Of a stretch of DNA of 64,000 nt, positions 26,132 to 39,549 are shown in pieces. Each line of letters opens with the position of its first letter. Positions within the stretch are counted from its first letter, which is position 1. The stretch lies in NCBI RefSeq assembly GCF_006345805.1, contig NC_043004.1, forward strand, positions 19,220,001 to 19,284,000, read 5' to 3'. The notes under the pieces were generated by a model that had not been told where the DNA came from, made no database searches, and saw only the letters and a program-made list of their open reading frames with translations. Made by a program: the position numbers and the translations under genes. The stretch comes from Octopus sinensis. Lineage: Eukaryota.

Positions 26132-28642
26132 CTTCGCAGTTGGGGGGCGGTAAGGACAATTATTGAAGCAGAAACGCCTCTTTTTACCAAACAATAAGCC
26201 CTTTCCTTTAGTGATATGTCAACTTTGGAGAAATCTTGATTCTTGATGTTATTTCCCTTTTTCCTACTGAGTTGTTTTCAGTTGCCATTTGGTAATCATG
26301 ATCTATCCTCTGGGGACAGAGATAATTTCAATATATCAAGGCTTGATATGCCTGTATTTGCCTACATATATACTAGACTGAGTACCTAGTGAAATGTACA
26401 AGCATTAACTAGATTTTCCTCTACGAATAATCAAGGCTGAAAATAAACCATGTTGAATTAGATTATTTCTGATAATTTTGCGATTTATTGTCCATTTTAT
26501 TAACTTGAGACTCTCTCTATGTAATCCAGAAATACAATAAAGTCTCTTGGTAGACCACATTTATGGCTTGGTTATTTGGGCTTAGCCTTTTGTATTGATG
26601 TTTAGCTTTGGGCTTAGCCTTTTGTATGGATGTTTAGCTATCCCCATAGACCTGATGTGGTTGTGATTTTCTCTATCAGACTCACGATTATAATCCTGTC
26701 CTATAACTCTCATTATCATTTCATTAACACATTTTATCTATTTTTCAATTGCTACATCTTATCTTGTTTCTCTCTAGAAATCTGTTGTCAAGTTTTAGAG
26801 CAGACACAGACGCATGATTACAGACCTATATGAGCGATTTTACTATATTTATTTTTAATTATTTAACACAGATTAATTACCCGTTATTTTTATGGAGCTA
26901 AAATTAAAACAAAATTTACGCAGACCGAATTTATTTATATATAATGTTACAGAGGTTTTACTGCATTTTATCTTTAACAAGACGATACACTGAATAAAAA
27001 ATCATGCAACGAGTATAAAAAATATTTTTTCAAGAAAATTAATGAAAAAGTATCTCACATTATATTGATTTAATTTGAATTCCTAGCTTCATAAAAACTG
27101 AGAACCTTTTACTCAAAATTGGCATCAAATATTAGCGTTCAACATTTTTTTATACAAACTTAAAATTCAAATTTAAAATTCTTCTGATCTCTACAGAAAC
27201 TTTGTAATTCTCATAAACAAAATTACTTTCTTAAAAAAGAAAAAGAAACACTTCAGCTCGTTGTAGAAATATGTCTTTATGGGCTCCTACTAAAACTCGA
27301 GGTTTTAAAATTCGCCATGAATATTTTCTGATCCTGCTAAAGAGTTTATGCATCCCTTAAAAATCTTTTAAATTTTTGTATTCTTGCCAAAAATTATCTA
27401 CCTCAATGCAACCGTTATACGTCTAATAAAAACCATTAAATTAGTAAAATATTATCAAGTACCAGATAAAATTTATATCGTAAACCTTGAATAATTAAAA
27501 CAGAATTTTAATTGGGTGAGGCAATAGTGTGAGCCCCTATGGTCGAAAAGGATGTTTGTTTCCGTTTATTTTTTACAGTTAATTCTGAATCTGGTTTTAA
27601 GGGTTTTTTTTAGAACGCTTCATTCTTGGGTTTCTGAGCGAACACGCACGCACGCATGATTTCAGACATAAATACGTGACAACTTTTATGTATATGGATT
27701 AGTAATATTGTTCTATAAGAAAAAAAAAGATAATGTTATACAAGTTCTACTTTTGCTTCTTTTACGAGAATACAACAGCTGGCATGTGACAATTTTTATT
27801 CTGTGAAAGAAAACAGAACAAATAATATTGAAGCTTCTTTTACTACTTGCAAATATATATTTGTTCATCCAAGCGTAGATGCATACTTATATAGACAGAA
27901 AGATTGATTGATAGATAGGTAGAGAGATTTATATTTTTGCATCTATGTGCCTATGTGTGTATATGTACGTATACACACAAACACACACACACACGCGCGG
28001 ATAACCAAATATAATTGTTCTTGTCACAGGTTATTCATTGTTATTAATATAGGATTTTTTTCATCATTTCCATACACTACTTTGTTCCCATTGTTTCCAG
28101 TTCTTTTTAGTTTCCGCTACTGTTCTTTGTTCTCTTAAACCACAGTAAACTGTTAGTTGTTTACCGCATCTCTTCAATTTCATTAATTTTTTTATTCCGT
28201 ATCAACTATTTAATAATTTATCTATCTACCTATCAATCAACGTGCTTGTACATATGCGCATACAAAATATATGTACGTATGTATGTACGCACATACATAT
28301 ATGTAGATGCGTGCATATATATGTGTGTAGCGGTGAAATAGTTTTTCTTTGATATATGTGTGTGTTTCTAGTTATCTATTTTATACCTATCTACCAATTA
28401 TTTATGTATCACCACTGTATCTATCTATCAATCAATCTATCTATCTATCTATCTATCTATCATCCTCTCTGTCTATCTTATTCTCTTTGCCTACAAGCTT
28501 CTCTTCATTACTTGTAGTATATTTGAAAACATTTGGATAGGTCTGCTACAAGGACTGCCAAAACATTCTTTTTAATAACAACAATCAATTAAGAGATATT
28601 TACACATATTTAGACACGGATTATTATTATTATTTTGCTTAA

Positions 28643-28862
28643 GGCGGTGAGCTGGCAGAATCGTAAGCGCGACCGGCAAATTGCTTAACGGTATTTGATC
28701 CGTCTTTAAGTCCTGAGCTCAAATTTCGTCATGGTTCACTTTGTTTTTCATCCAATCGGGGTCCATAAATAAGTACCAGTTGGATACTAGGATCGACGTA
28801 ATCGGCTTACACTTCTTCCGACCTTTCTTCGAAATTGCTGGCCTTGTGCCCAAATATGAAAC
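28643..28862 (+). mobile_element. SINE family C
   Basis: ggcggtgagctggcagaatcgtaagcgcg...aaattgctggccttgtgcccaaatatgaaac. More decayed copies at about 30900, 37900, 44920 and 52960. Confidence 0.8.
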
Positions 28863-29761
28863 TATTATTACTATTGTTATTGATGAGCCACAAGAACTAA
28901 ATAAGGACAATTTAAAAGTTCTTTCAAAATATAAACCAGAGTATTGACGTGTACTGCTGTGGACGTCTTCATGCATTTAATTGCCTCATTTATTTATTGC
29001 GTGAAATTTTTGTACTATTTTTGCAGCTGGTAGAGAAAGCATGGGATATTAAGAAAGGGTGAATCACGATATGTATTTGACAGTTCCTAGATGACTAAGT
29101 TAGAATGCCCGCTGATATAATTACATGTAGGTCTCATCTGAATTAGATTGTGTCGAACTGTTTCCCTGTTTAAGAATGACAGTGATGCGTTAATAGTCAA
29201 TACAGTTTAGAAGCAATTGAAATGTCATTTTTGGGATCTATCTTGCCGTAGGTGTCAGCTGATAGGTTCAATATCTCACTGCAATTTGTAAGAGTTACTG
29301 TATTATTACCGAATGTTTCGAGATCGTGTAGTGCTGAGTTAAAATCTATGTTTTAACATGGACAAGTTAAATAAACCATGTTCCAGAATATTCTACTCTG
29401 AAAATTCTTGTAATGTTTTGAAGACGGATTTTGCAAGAATATATCTACATCTTAATTCTGATTCTTTACATTTTGCGTAAAGTAGTTTTGGCAATGATCA
29501 GTTACAGAATCTAATCAACAGGTGTAGAAGCTGCAAGTGCGTAGGTTAGCGTAGACAAACACTCCATGTTTAATGTATCATGATGTCTTTGTCTACAACG
29601 GGCAATACCAAAGCCAACGTGATAAAGTATAATTGAATATATCATTTAAACATATCTTGATGAATTGTAAAAATAACCATGTTTGCGCTTTTGAAATCGA
29701 TTCCCTTCTTTAATTTATTAGAATATCACTGCAATTAAAATATGTCTTATTTCTGTTGCAG

Positions 29762-29803
29762 GGACTGATTGTCTCAGTATTGTTTTGTTACATGAATGGA
29801 GAG
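29762..29803 (+). CDS. Class B1 GPCR exon: TM7 (42-nt exon)
   Basis: Acceptor ttctgttgcAG, donor GTAAGT (29804). Encodes GLIVSVLFCYMNGE, closely matching the class B TM7 signature (CALCRL-type GLLVSTIFCFFNGE). A 42-nt phase-0 exon here is typical of the family. Confidence 0.95.
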
Positions 29804-30142
29804 GTAAGTAACTACTTTCTAAAATACATGATATTGGTTACTATGACAAGAACTAGTGAAATTTCTTCTTCTATTTACTATTTTTGTTGTTCAGTTCTAA
29901 GTCAGCTCTGACCGAGCAAGCCTATAATCAAAACCATTCCAGTTTTGACCATCGCGTTACGTTTGGGCTATATTGCTCTCCATTATCCGTAGATAAGATG
30001 ATAAATCACTAATGTCTCAGCCGAAAGTTAGTAACAGATGTGAAGTGAAATAACCTCAATCAAAAGACAAAATGAGACTGAGGTATGATACTCATTGATG
30101 GTAGAATCTATTAATCACGGGCAGCTGGTTTCAAAGCCATGT

Positions 30143-30210
30143 TATATATATATATATATATGTATGTATATATATATACACATACATGTATATATACATA
30201 CGTATGTATG

Positions 30211-30241
<31 letters not shown>

Positions 30242-30272
30242 ATATATATATGTATGTATGTATATATATATG

Positions 30273-30321
<49 letters not shown>

Positions 30322-30367
30322 GTATATATATATATGTATATATATATATATAATGTATATATATATG

Positions 30368-30409
<42 letters not shown>

Positions 30410-30420
30410 TATTTATTTTC

Positions 30421-30479
<59 letters not shown>

Positions 30480-30512
30480 TTTATTTATATATATATGTAT
30501 ATATATATATAT
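30143..30512. repeat. Long imperfect (TA)n/(TATG)n microsatellite
   Basis: Read directly. Similar tracts at 8365, 15540, 21385, 32160, 46920 and 58850. Confidence 0.95.
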
Positions 30513-32160
30513 AATTATATGAACTTCATCATTGCTATTGATTCTGTCAATAATAATACAATGCGTCGTACAGATAAGGAACCACTAACGTACCCCTCCA
30601 CCCTGATGTTAATAACACCTAAATATCTAAAATAAACTTCGCACCCTTTAGGAATTATTATACACAATAGATAATACAGTCGTATATATAATATGACTGA
30701 GATACAGATGTAACGGTCACAGCTTTACCATGGATGGTCTTGTGTCTGAAAGACAAAGAAATATATAGCAGCATTATATAAGATACCTGAAAATAAAGAC
30801 GTTTTTCAAAGGTATATATTCATAATTCTAAGGATGCCTATTTTATTCTCCAGTAACTGTTTTTATTTTCATTATAAACTACGATGTAGACGTTGCAGCG
30901 CTTTACGTTCTGAGTTCGAATCCATCCAAGATCACCTTTGTCTTTCATTTATACAGGATGAAAGAAATAAAGTAACCTTTCAATTGATATAATTGAGTAA
31001 ACCCTCTCCCAAAATCTTTGGTCTTGCCTATGCTAAAAACAATCATTAGCTATTCTTGACAGAATCTTTACCTCGTGGGACAAATTTCTTCTTGTTCTTT
31101 ACGGTCTGGTTGAAAATTCGCCGCGATCAACGTTGCCTTTCATCTTACAAAGTTTCGATATCACTAACATCAGAAATTACTATTAATTATGATATCTGCG
31201 ACATCACAGTTGATCAAGGCTCGAGGAATATAGTGAGAGCCTTCATCAACAACAATGATCCAAATATAGAACTTACTGATGGATTCTCTATCAGTCTTGA
31301 CAATGAGCATTGATTAACTTAATTGCTTCTTGTGAAATTCACGAGAAGTTTGCAGACAAGCATAGTATGAACGTAATAGGCCAAATTTGCGTAACAAAAT
31401 ATGACAAGGCTGAATCTATGAATTAGATGAAGAATAAACAGTGAAAGAGGCAAGAATCGCCCCCAGTGCTAAAACGTCATTTATTAATCCCGAAGGGTTA
31501 ATATGCGTAGTTGACCACGGTGGGAAATGAACTCAGAGCCTAAGCAAGTCTGAACGGAAACCACTATGCATCTTAACAGACTCTCACGAGTTTTCGAATT
31601 CTCCGACAACATTTATTTACAATTGTATTAAGCTTTTATTCTCAAATGAAACTTTCATGACCTTTAAAGTTAACAGGCAGGTTGGTAGCTACATAGGTAA
31701 ATTCAGTTTCGAATCCTATCTGCAACCATTTATTTTAGTTGCATCTCTAATACTGTTTGGAAATATAGTGTTGTTTTACAACATTCCAATTTAATCGTTC
31801 CATGAAAACAGTCTCTCTCTCTATATATATATAATCAATAATAACAAAGGGTAAAATTAATTAATTAAGAAGTAATCAATAATTTCACCAAGTAGAATTC
31901 GGCATGAAAACAGGACCATATCATGGTAAACTTAAGTAATACTTAATAAATAGGGTCCAGCAAAGATTTACTTTACCACATACCGAAGTTTAGAAATAGC
32001 AGCCAAAAAACGTGTGATTGTTTTCAAGTATTTTGGTTTTTTCTGGGAGTCCCTTTTTAAAGTAGAAGAAATAGCTAACGTTTTTTGGCTGCTATTTCTA
32101 AACTTCGGTATGTGATAAAGCAAATCTTTGCTGAACCCTATTTATTAAGTATTTATTAAG

Positions 32161-32204
<44 letters not shown>

Positions 32205-32263
32205 GTGTAAGTATATTATATATAAATTATATATATATATATGTACTTCATATTTATATATTA

Positions 32264-32381
<118 letters not shown>

Positions 32382-33252
32382 TTTTTATGGCTATATACGT
32401 GTACGTTTCCATGCTATTTTTGAAAATTAATGTGACCCCCCCTCCAGAAAGGTTGATGGAAAGCCATATATCAAAGATATTGATTTTTACCTTCGATATT
32501 TCGATATAAACCACATGACAAAAGAATCACGAACAATGATTTTCCTAAACTTTCGAGACAAGAGAAACAGAGAATGTCTTAGAGATTCATGGTTTCATTT
32601 ACCGATATAAAAATATGGGCAAAAGTAAAATGATCTTACGGTAAATTTCTTCTACATCAATATACTTTAGGCGGATTCTTTAGAGAAACAAATGAAATCA
32701 ATAAATAGAAGGAATATATCATAAGCTTTTTATGATCAATATACATACATATGCGTGTGCGTGTATGTATATATTCGTTCACTGTTTACCTGTTTCATTT
32801 ATTGAACTGTAATCATTACTAAGGCAACGTCTTGACGTGGTTTTAGTCTATCAATTCGCCTCTAGCACTTTCTTTTGAGTCTCGCACTTTTTATACTGGT
32901 TTAATTTTTAGTCAACAATCAGCTTACTGGTTTGTAATTAAACTTACAAAGGTTAGTAACAAACATATATACACACGCACACTCCTACATAACGGGTTTC
33001 ATCACAGTTTTCGGCCATTAAATTCGCTCGAAACTATAGTAGAAGATATCGTGGCGTTAAAGCCGAATGCACATGGATGCGACGCGAAGTTCTTAAACAC
33101 ACATCTATGTTTATGACTTATTCTATAGTGTGAACGTTGTTCAATAATTCATAGTATTAGACATGTTTCATAACCTTACATTATTACATAACCCACGCCA
33201 TTTCTTCAGGCAACATTGGGTTTATATACATGTATGTGGATTATTATATATA

Positions 33253-34526
33253 TTAGGTCGGCCACTAAATTCCCACCGTTTTTTTTTAAATTTAAATTTC
33301 TTAAAAGGGTTAATAAAAAATAACAACTAATTAATAATGTATTCACTTTTGTTGTTTACAACTTCTTCCCAACGTTCAACAAGATATTCAATACCTCGTT
33401 GGTAGAAATCCCCCGATTTCGTCTTGAATAATTGATCCAGCAAAGCTCTCAATTCTGCATCAGTATTGAACGAAACTCCGCGCATAGCATTTGAAAGAGG
33501 TGGAAATCTGTTGGTGCCGAACCAGGAGAGTACGGCGGATGTGGCAGCATTTCCCAGTCATGCGTTTGAATGGCTTCCTTGGTCATATTGGCGATATGAG
33601 GGCGGGCGTTGCCGTGCAGCAGATCAACTCCATGCTGCCGATTAGGTCTTCTCTCTTGAATACCCATGCTGAGTCGTTCCATCTGTTGAACATAGAGTTC
33701 CGCGTTGACCGTTTGATTCCGTTCAAGCAATCCATAGTGAATAGTCCCTTCCCAGTCCCACCATACGCACAACATCGTTTTACGCGGATAAAGATCTTGT
33801 TTCACGCGCAGTGTGGCTTGTTTACCGGTGCTAAGCCATTCCTTGCGGTGCTTCATATTGATGTACAGGCACCATTTTTCGTCGCCAATAACGATTCGGT
33901 AAAGAAATCATTGCCTGTGTCCACCACTTGAGCGTCGACGAGCAAACAAACCAGCGGAGATTGTGGCTCGTTGATTTTTGTTCTTGTCCCTTAAAGCAAG
34001 CAGAACCCATGCCCCATACTTGTGAACCTTTCCCATCGAATGAAGATGATTCTCTATAGCAGTGTGGAAGCATTCTATTTTCTCTGCCAGTTCCTTTATC
34101 GTTGACGAGAATCTTCGTGCAAAAGTTAGTTCAATCGCTCTTCATCGAACTCAACTGGACGGTCAGAACGAGGTGAGTTTTTGAGGTCAAAATCTCCATT
34201 TTTGAACTTGGCATATTAATCACGAGCGGTTCTTTCAGCTATGGCACCCTCTCCATACACAGCACAAATGGTGCAAGCAGCTTTTGCGGCCTTAGAACCT
34301 TGATTAAAAGCAACAAGAAGGAGGTGTCAAAAATGCTCGTTTTTCTTAACTTCACATTCCAATTTTACTATCTGAAAATAAACAAAATTAACTAAAATTG
34401 ACTAGAAAAAAGTAGATACAGAAATGATTCCAAAATAGAAATCTCCGAAAAATAGATTCCAAAATTTAAAAGCGCAATAAATTCCAAAATTTAAAAAAAC
34501 CCGCGGGAACTTAGTTGCCAACCCAA
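33253..34526 (-). mobile_element. Full-length (1274 bp) mariner element with TIRs and TA target duplication; transposase is a pseudogene
   Basis: TA|ttaggtcggccactaaattcccaccgttttt ... aaaaacccgcgggaacttagttgccaacccaa|TA. Motifs RSDRPVEFDE, DEKWCLY, KTMLCVWWDWEG, TVNAELYVQQ, HGNARPH (catalytic D to G), HPPYSPGSAPTDFHLF. Frameshifts and stops are present. Confidence 0.95.
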
Positions 34527-37500
34527 TATATACGTGGATTAAGATATTTTAACTAGAATTTATAAATTTTATTTACTCATGATATTTTTGATTTGTTATT
34601 AGAAAGAGAATCTCTGTTTTCTATTTTTACACTTATTTAACTATATATTTTGCGATAAATGATTCTATTCGATTAATGTAACAGTGGATGCTAATGTGAA
34701 TTGTAAGTAGTTGTAAATAGCGTCTTATCTCTAGTTTCCTTCGACTTACAGTCACCATATATTTGTTCATGTCATAATAGCAGCAGCAACAACAGTAGTA
34801 GTAGTAGTAGTAGTGGTAGTAGTAGTAGTAGTAGTAGTAGTAGTCAACCTTCACTTAGTAACCTGATTCTAGCATCTGTTGTTCATCAGTAATCCGCAGT
34901 ATTTCTTACCAGAAAGAAGGGTGTCTTGTTTTCAGATAAATATATTTCAATATATCTACTGCTTCGAATAAATCATCAAGAGTTTGATATTTGCATCGAT
35001 AATACCAGAGCATATTTGCAAGGATAATGTAATTCAAATCAGATTATGTTTCTATTGCGAACGAAAAGTGAAAATACCCATGTCAGACATTTTTCCTAGA
35101 ATGAGAAATTAAATCAAAAGAACGCACACACACACACACACATGTTATTTTGATGCTCATTTGAGTGTTGTATAATTCTACTCAGAATGCCCTTTATGCA
35201 AAACATTAATATCACAACTGTCCGTTATTCGTCCGTCATGAAATATAGGGAATTTGTTTAATTGAAAAGAAACGTGTTGGTTTGTCTCAATTACAAAGCA
35301 ACTTTAATTCAAGTGAAGTTCATTCACATCATTACTGTTCGAAGAAAGCGAAATTAATTTCCCTTTCTCGCTGAATATATTGTTTGTGAGAAGTCAAAAT
35401 AAATCCTCAGTACTAACATATGCCTTGGTTGGGCTGGTTCAATCGTGTTGGAGTTTATAATAGAAATGTCCCTATAATAACGAGCCTGTAATTTCTATTC
35501 TTTCATCTTTGATCATGAGCGGATACGAAATTTTTTACTATCAGTGTATCGTTATAAACTCATAATAAACTCTGAATAATGAAATATTTCCTGTCTGGAT
35601 CACCAATGTTGCCTTTGTTTTGATGTTGTGTGTCAACGGATTTATATCTTAGCGGAACACATTATCTCTAAGTCCCTTCCTGCATTGATTTTAGTACATA
35701 ATCACAATAAGTGAGACTTAAAGGGAATAGTGATAAGATCTCATAGTTTAAGGCTGTGCATTATGATAACGACTAGAATTCTAGGAGTATATATTTCCGT
35801 TGTAAGAGCAATTATTAGGTACAAAGCAAATTCTTAACTGATTACAAGGTGTTAGCGGTACTTATAGTAACGTTCAATGTTGTGTCAATGAGTACTTTAA
35901 CTGAGAGTGTGAAGGAAAGTGACTAAATACGTCAAGATACCCTCTCCCACTACAGTTTCTGCCAAATCGCTGCCCTATTGTTATGTGCAAAAAGCATTCT
36001 ATACTGAAACATTTTATATGCATTATTAGGTATTTTCAGTATAATACCAGAAGGAATGTTTATTTTTATCCCTTTTCGACAAAGTTTCTTCTGATATGCA
36101 TGTAGTAAAACTTATCGTTTTGTTAAAAAGTCCATCATTCTTACAACCAGCTAAAACATGGTATGTATCAATTATTTAGATTTATTATTGATTATGGATT
36201 ATAATAACTTGTTTTCTATATGGAAATGCAGGACTAGGGTTATAAATATTAGTTTTGTGCAACTTTTACTCAATAAATGACGTTATGTTTCTGAGAAAAT
36301 ATTCGTTTACTGCCAGAGTTTAGTCTACAGCTAACTAATTAGAGGAGATAAAGGAAATAAATGTCCTGCATACAAACCGAGCACTTAATTGTTCTTCTGA
36401 GACAGCGGAATGCTATCCTGCTATATCAAACTTTATGAGGTAATTCACTTAAAATATAATTTTTACGACTCTACATTGTCTTTTCATCAGCCATTGCGTG
36501 ACTGAATTTTATGCGTCCACTTGTTTTTGCAAAGCCAAAATATACTGATTGTTTCGTTAAGTTGAACATGGAATGTAACTTAATGACTCTTCTTGGCATG
36601 GGACATTAAGGAATTACTATTCAAGAATGTATAACTTTTAGACAGCTTTCAAACTGTATACATTTTTTTTTGTGGAAGTAAGATTATTACATCGAAATAA
36701 AAGACAATGTAATATTCGATAGAAGAGAAAATCGCTATGATTCATGGAAAATAGATAGTTTTGTGCAAAATCTTTGTTTTCAAAATGGAACAGCTTGAGT
36801 TGTGTTGCAAATTCCCTTAGTTAAATCTAAAAAAGACGCTTAATATTTTATAATCTAAAATGTGAGATTTTGGGATTATGCAAAGAATCATTGTTAAATA
36901 CACTATATTAAGGAGTACTTACTACATATCTTTTTAATCGGATCAGAGTAAGCAGCATTGCTTACTCTCATTCGATTAGAGAGTAAGCAATGCTGCTTAC
37001 TCTATAATCTTCAGTTTTGAAGATCAAAAGTCATTAGGACGTGTATTATATAAGATATAGAAAATGTTTGTGGTATGAGGTAAAGTGAATATTTTCTTGC
37101 ATTTGATTTATAAATTATGGGTTTTTGCATGATTTCACCTTCTCCTTTACGTATTAGTTCTTCCTAACACAAATTCTGGTCCAGGAGGAAGATCTCTAAC
37201 GAAGAGCATTCCATTTCATTCCCTGCCCAACCTTCGACCAGACTACCAAAAATACCTTTACATTTAAAGCAGTGAGTGCAGTTTAGGTACATTCTGTTGC
37301 TGTGCCTTAGAGGTCAAGTGAACACGTTGAGTACTCCTTACTGATTCGTTTGCTTTGAGTACTTAAACACTGTGGTTTTCACAGAAGCATACGTCAGCAA
37401 AAGTCTATTTTTTTCAATATTGAAGCTATGAAAACATTCACGCAACACTTCCATTCGGATCATAACGCCAATTTCTATTTATTATTGAAGTAAATTATGT

Positions 37501-37601
37501 CCGTAAACATTGTCTTCTAAACGTTTCTAAACAATCCAATAATAAAAATATATAAACATCATCTTTACCCTGAAGAGACATATATTTGTCTACCACACAC
37601 A

Positions 37602-37644
<43 letters not shown>

Positions 37645-39143
37645 CACACACACACACACACAAGTTACAACGTAGCTGAACAATTTTAAACTCAAATATT
37701 CTCTCCTGGTCTCTTCTATTTGGAAACTTGTTCTCGATAATGAATTTCATAATTATCAATTTTTTTAAATGTTTCTTTTCCTGTAGTTATTTCATTAGTA
37801 TTTAAAATACCTTTACATTGTTCTTTGGAGTGGCTTAATTAGAAGAGACCTTTTCCCTGGATATTTCAAATTAAAATCTTGATTTTAAGTGATAGTGGGT
37901 AGCAAATTGCTAGAGAATCGTAGAACGATACCACACAACATTCACTACATACGTCGATACGTTTGAAATTGCAATCCTTCAGGGGCCAACTTTGTCTTAC
38001 TTTTGATTGCAATCAATTTAATCGCCTATGCTTTCCTTGTAACGTCTGGCAGTTTCTATGTAAATATTGATTTTTATGGACAAGGCAGCAAGCTGAAATT
38101 TGCAAGCGAAGAACAGAGGTGACTAAATATATTTCATAATTCAGATACATTTTTTCCTTTCTGGGGTAATTACTTTATCCGATGAGATTTTAACATGAGA
38201 TAGAGCAATGGTACAAATATTGATTCCTTATATACTAAAACTGCCGATTTTATAGCAAATGATACGGGTAACAAACTTTATTAACCCCAGCGGGAATTTC
38301 ACTGGATGACTTAGGAAGACAAATTTAAATTCTATTAATTAATCGATCCATTATTCTCATATCTTTGACATAAAAAATGTTCTTCTTTGTCGATTTAATT
38401 TACCACAGTACATAACTGATGATTAATTTATTGAATGTCTTGTCGATGGCAACGCTGAATTTGAAACATAAATGCAAGCGGCAAAATATTATAAATTTAT
38501 TTTTAAAGCTCAAAAATCGTAAAGTTCTTATGGGAAATTCTATAATTTGTTTTCCATTCCCCAGCAGCCGATGTACAGATTTCTCTTTTGATTCCATTAA
38601 GAATAATGCATTACATGACTCAGTACATATGTAGTGTATTCTTTAATACATTATAACTCAAAGGCTCCAATTTCCAGTTCTCAGAGACACTCCCTTCCGA
38701 TCGTCAGCTGGTTAGCTGAGCCTGCATTTCTTTTAAAACATTTACTGTACATATATGATTTGTGTGTATACACACACATATATACGTAAAAACACATGCG
38801 TTCCTTATAATCAAAAAGTGAAAAAGTACTGAATATACATTGTAAAGTCTAATAATTAAATACACCCAGTTAATGTATTTTACGACGCTACTTGGAGCTT
38901 ACACAAAACTTGGTTCCGTCGGGAGACGAAGATTTCTTCCGTAATGAAAACATTTAAAGCAAAATATGGTACTCTATTTCATTGGATAAACAATTTACAT
39001 GTGACCCACACATCAATTATGTAAAAGGGTCTGGAAGTTGTTACAATTTGAGGGCGATATTCCCGACTGAAAACCACGAACAGGAAGCAATATATAAGTA
39101 ATGTCTTGATTTTGAATAAGGAAAACAAGTGATTAAAATTAAT

Positions 39144-39549
39144 GTGGCTGTGTGGTAAGTAGCTTGTCTACCAACCACATGGTTCCGGGTTCAGTCCCAC
39201 TGCATGGCACCTTGGGCAAGTGTCTTCTACTATAGCCTCTGGCCGACCAAAGCCTTGTGAGTGGATTTGGTAGACGGAAACTGAAAGAAGCCCGTGGTAT
39301 ATATGTATATATATATATATATGCGTGTGTGTGTTTGTGTGTCTGTGTTTGTCCCCTAGCATTGCTTGACAACCGATGCTGGTGTGTTTATGTCCCCGTT
39401 ACTTAGCGGTTCGGCAAAAGAGACCGATAGAATAAGTCCTGGGCTTACAAAAGAATAAGTCCCGGGGTCGAGTGGCTCGATTAAAAGGCGGTGCTCCAGC
39501 ATGGCCGCAGTCAAGTGACTGAAACAAGTAAAAGAGTAAAGAGAGAGTA
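39144..39549 (+). mobile_element. SINE family A inserted into the last codons of the mariner transposase
   Basis: Family A sequence abuts ...VIDNHRNY of ORF 39399-39905, whose C-terminus is antisense SINE sequence. Confidence 0.9.

Larger units (their letters stand above)
22062..26592. mobile_element. Block bounded by long inverted repeats (22062-22283 / 26352-26592); putative non-autonomous DNA transposon with nested insertions
   Basis: Left caaaaggctaagcccaaataacc...ggtactcagactagtatatatgtagacaaatacag is the reverse complement of right ctgtatttgcctacatatatactagactgagtacc...ggttatttgggcttagccttttg, with scattered mismatches and an indel. Confidence 0.7.

Noticed and set aside
24788-26159. 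Two ORFs with the same peptide MELIYQFNLYSYKRY... on opposite strands
   Set aside because: A consequence of the 230-bp inverted repeat; no coding signature.
30095-30522. Many ORFs rich in YI/HT/CV/LS dipeptides (here and at 6.3, 8.2, 15.7, 22.6, 32.1, 46.9, 54.5 and 58.8 kb)
   Set aside because: Translations of (TA)n, (CA)n, (TATG)n and (GA)n microsatellites, not genes.
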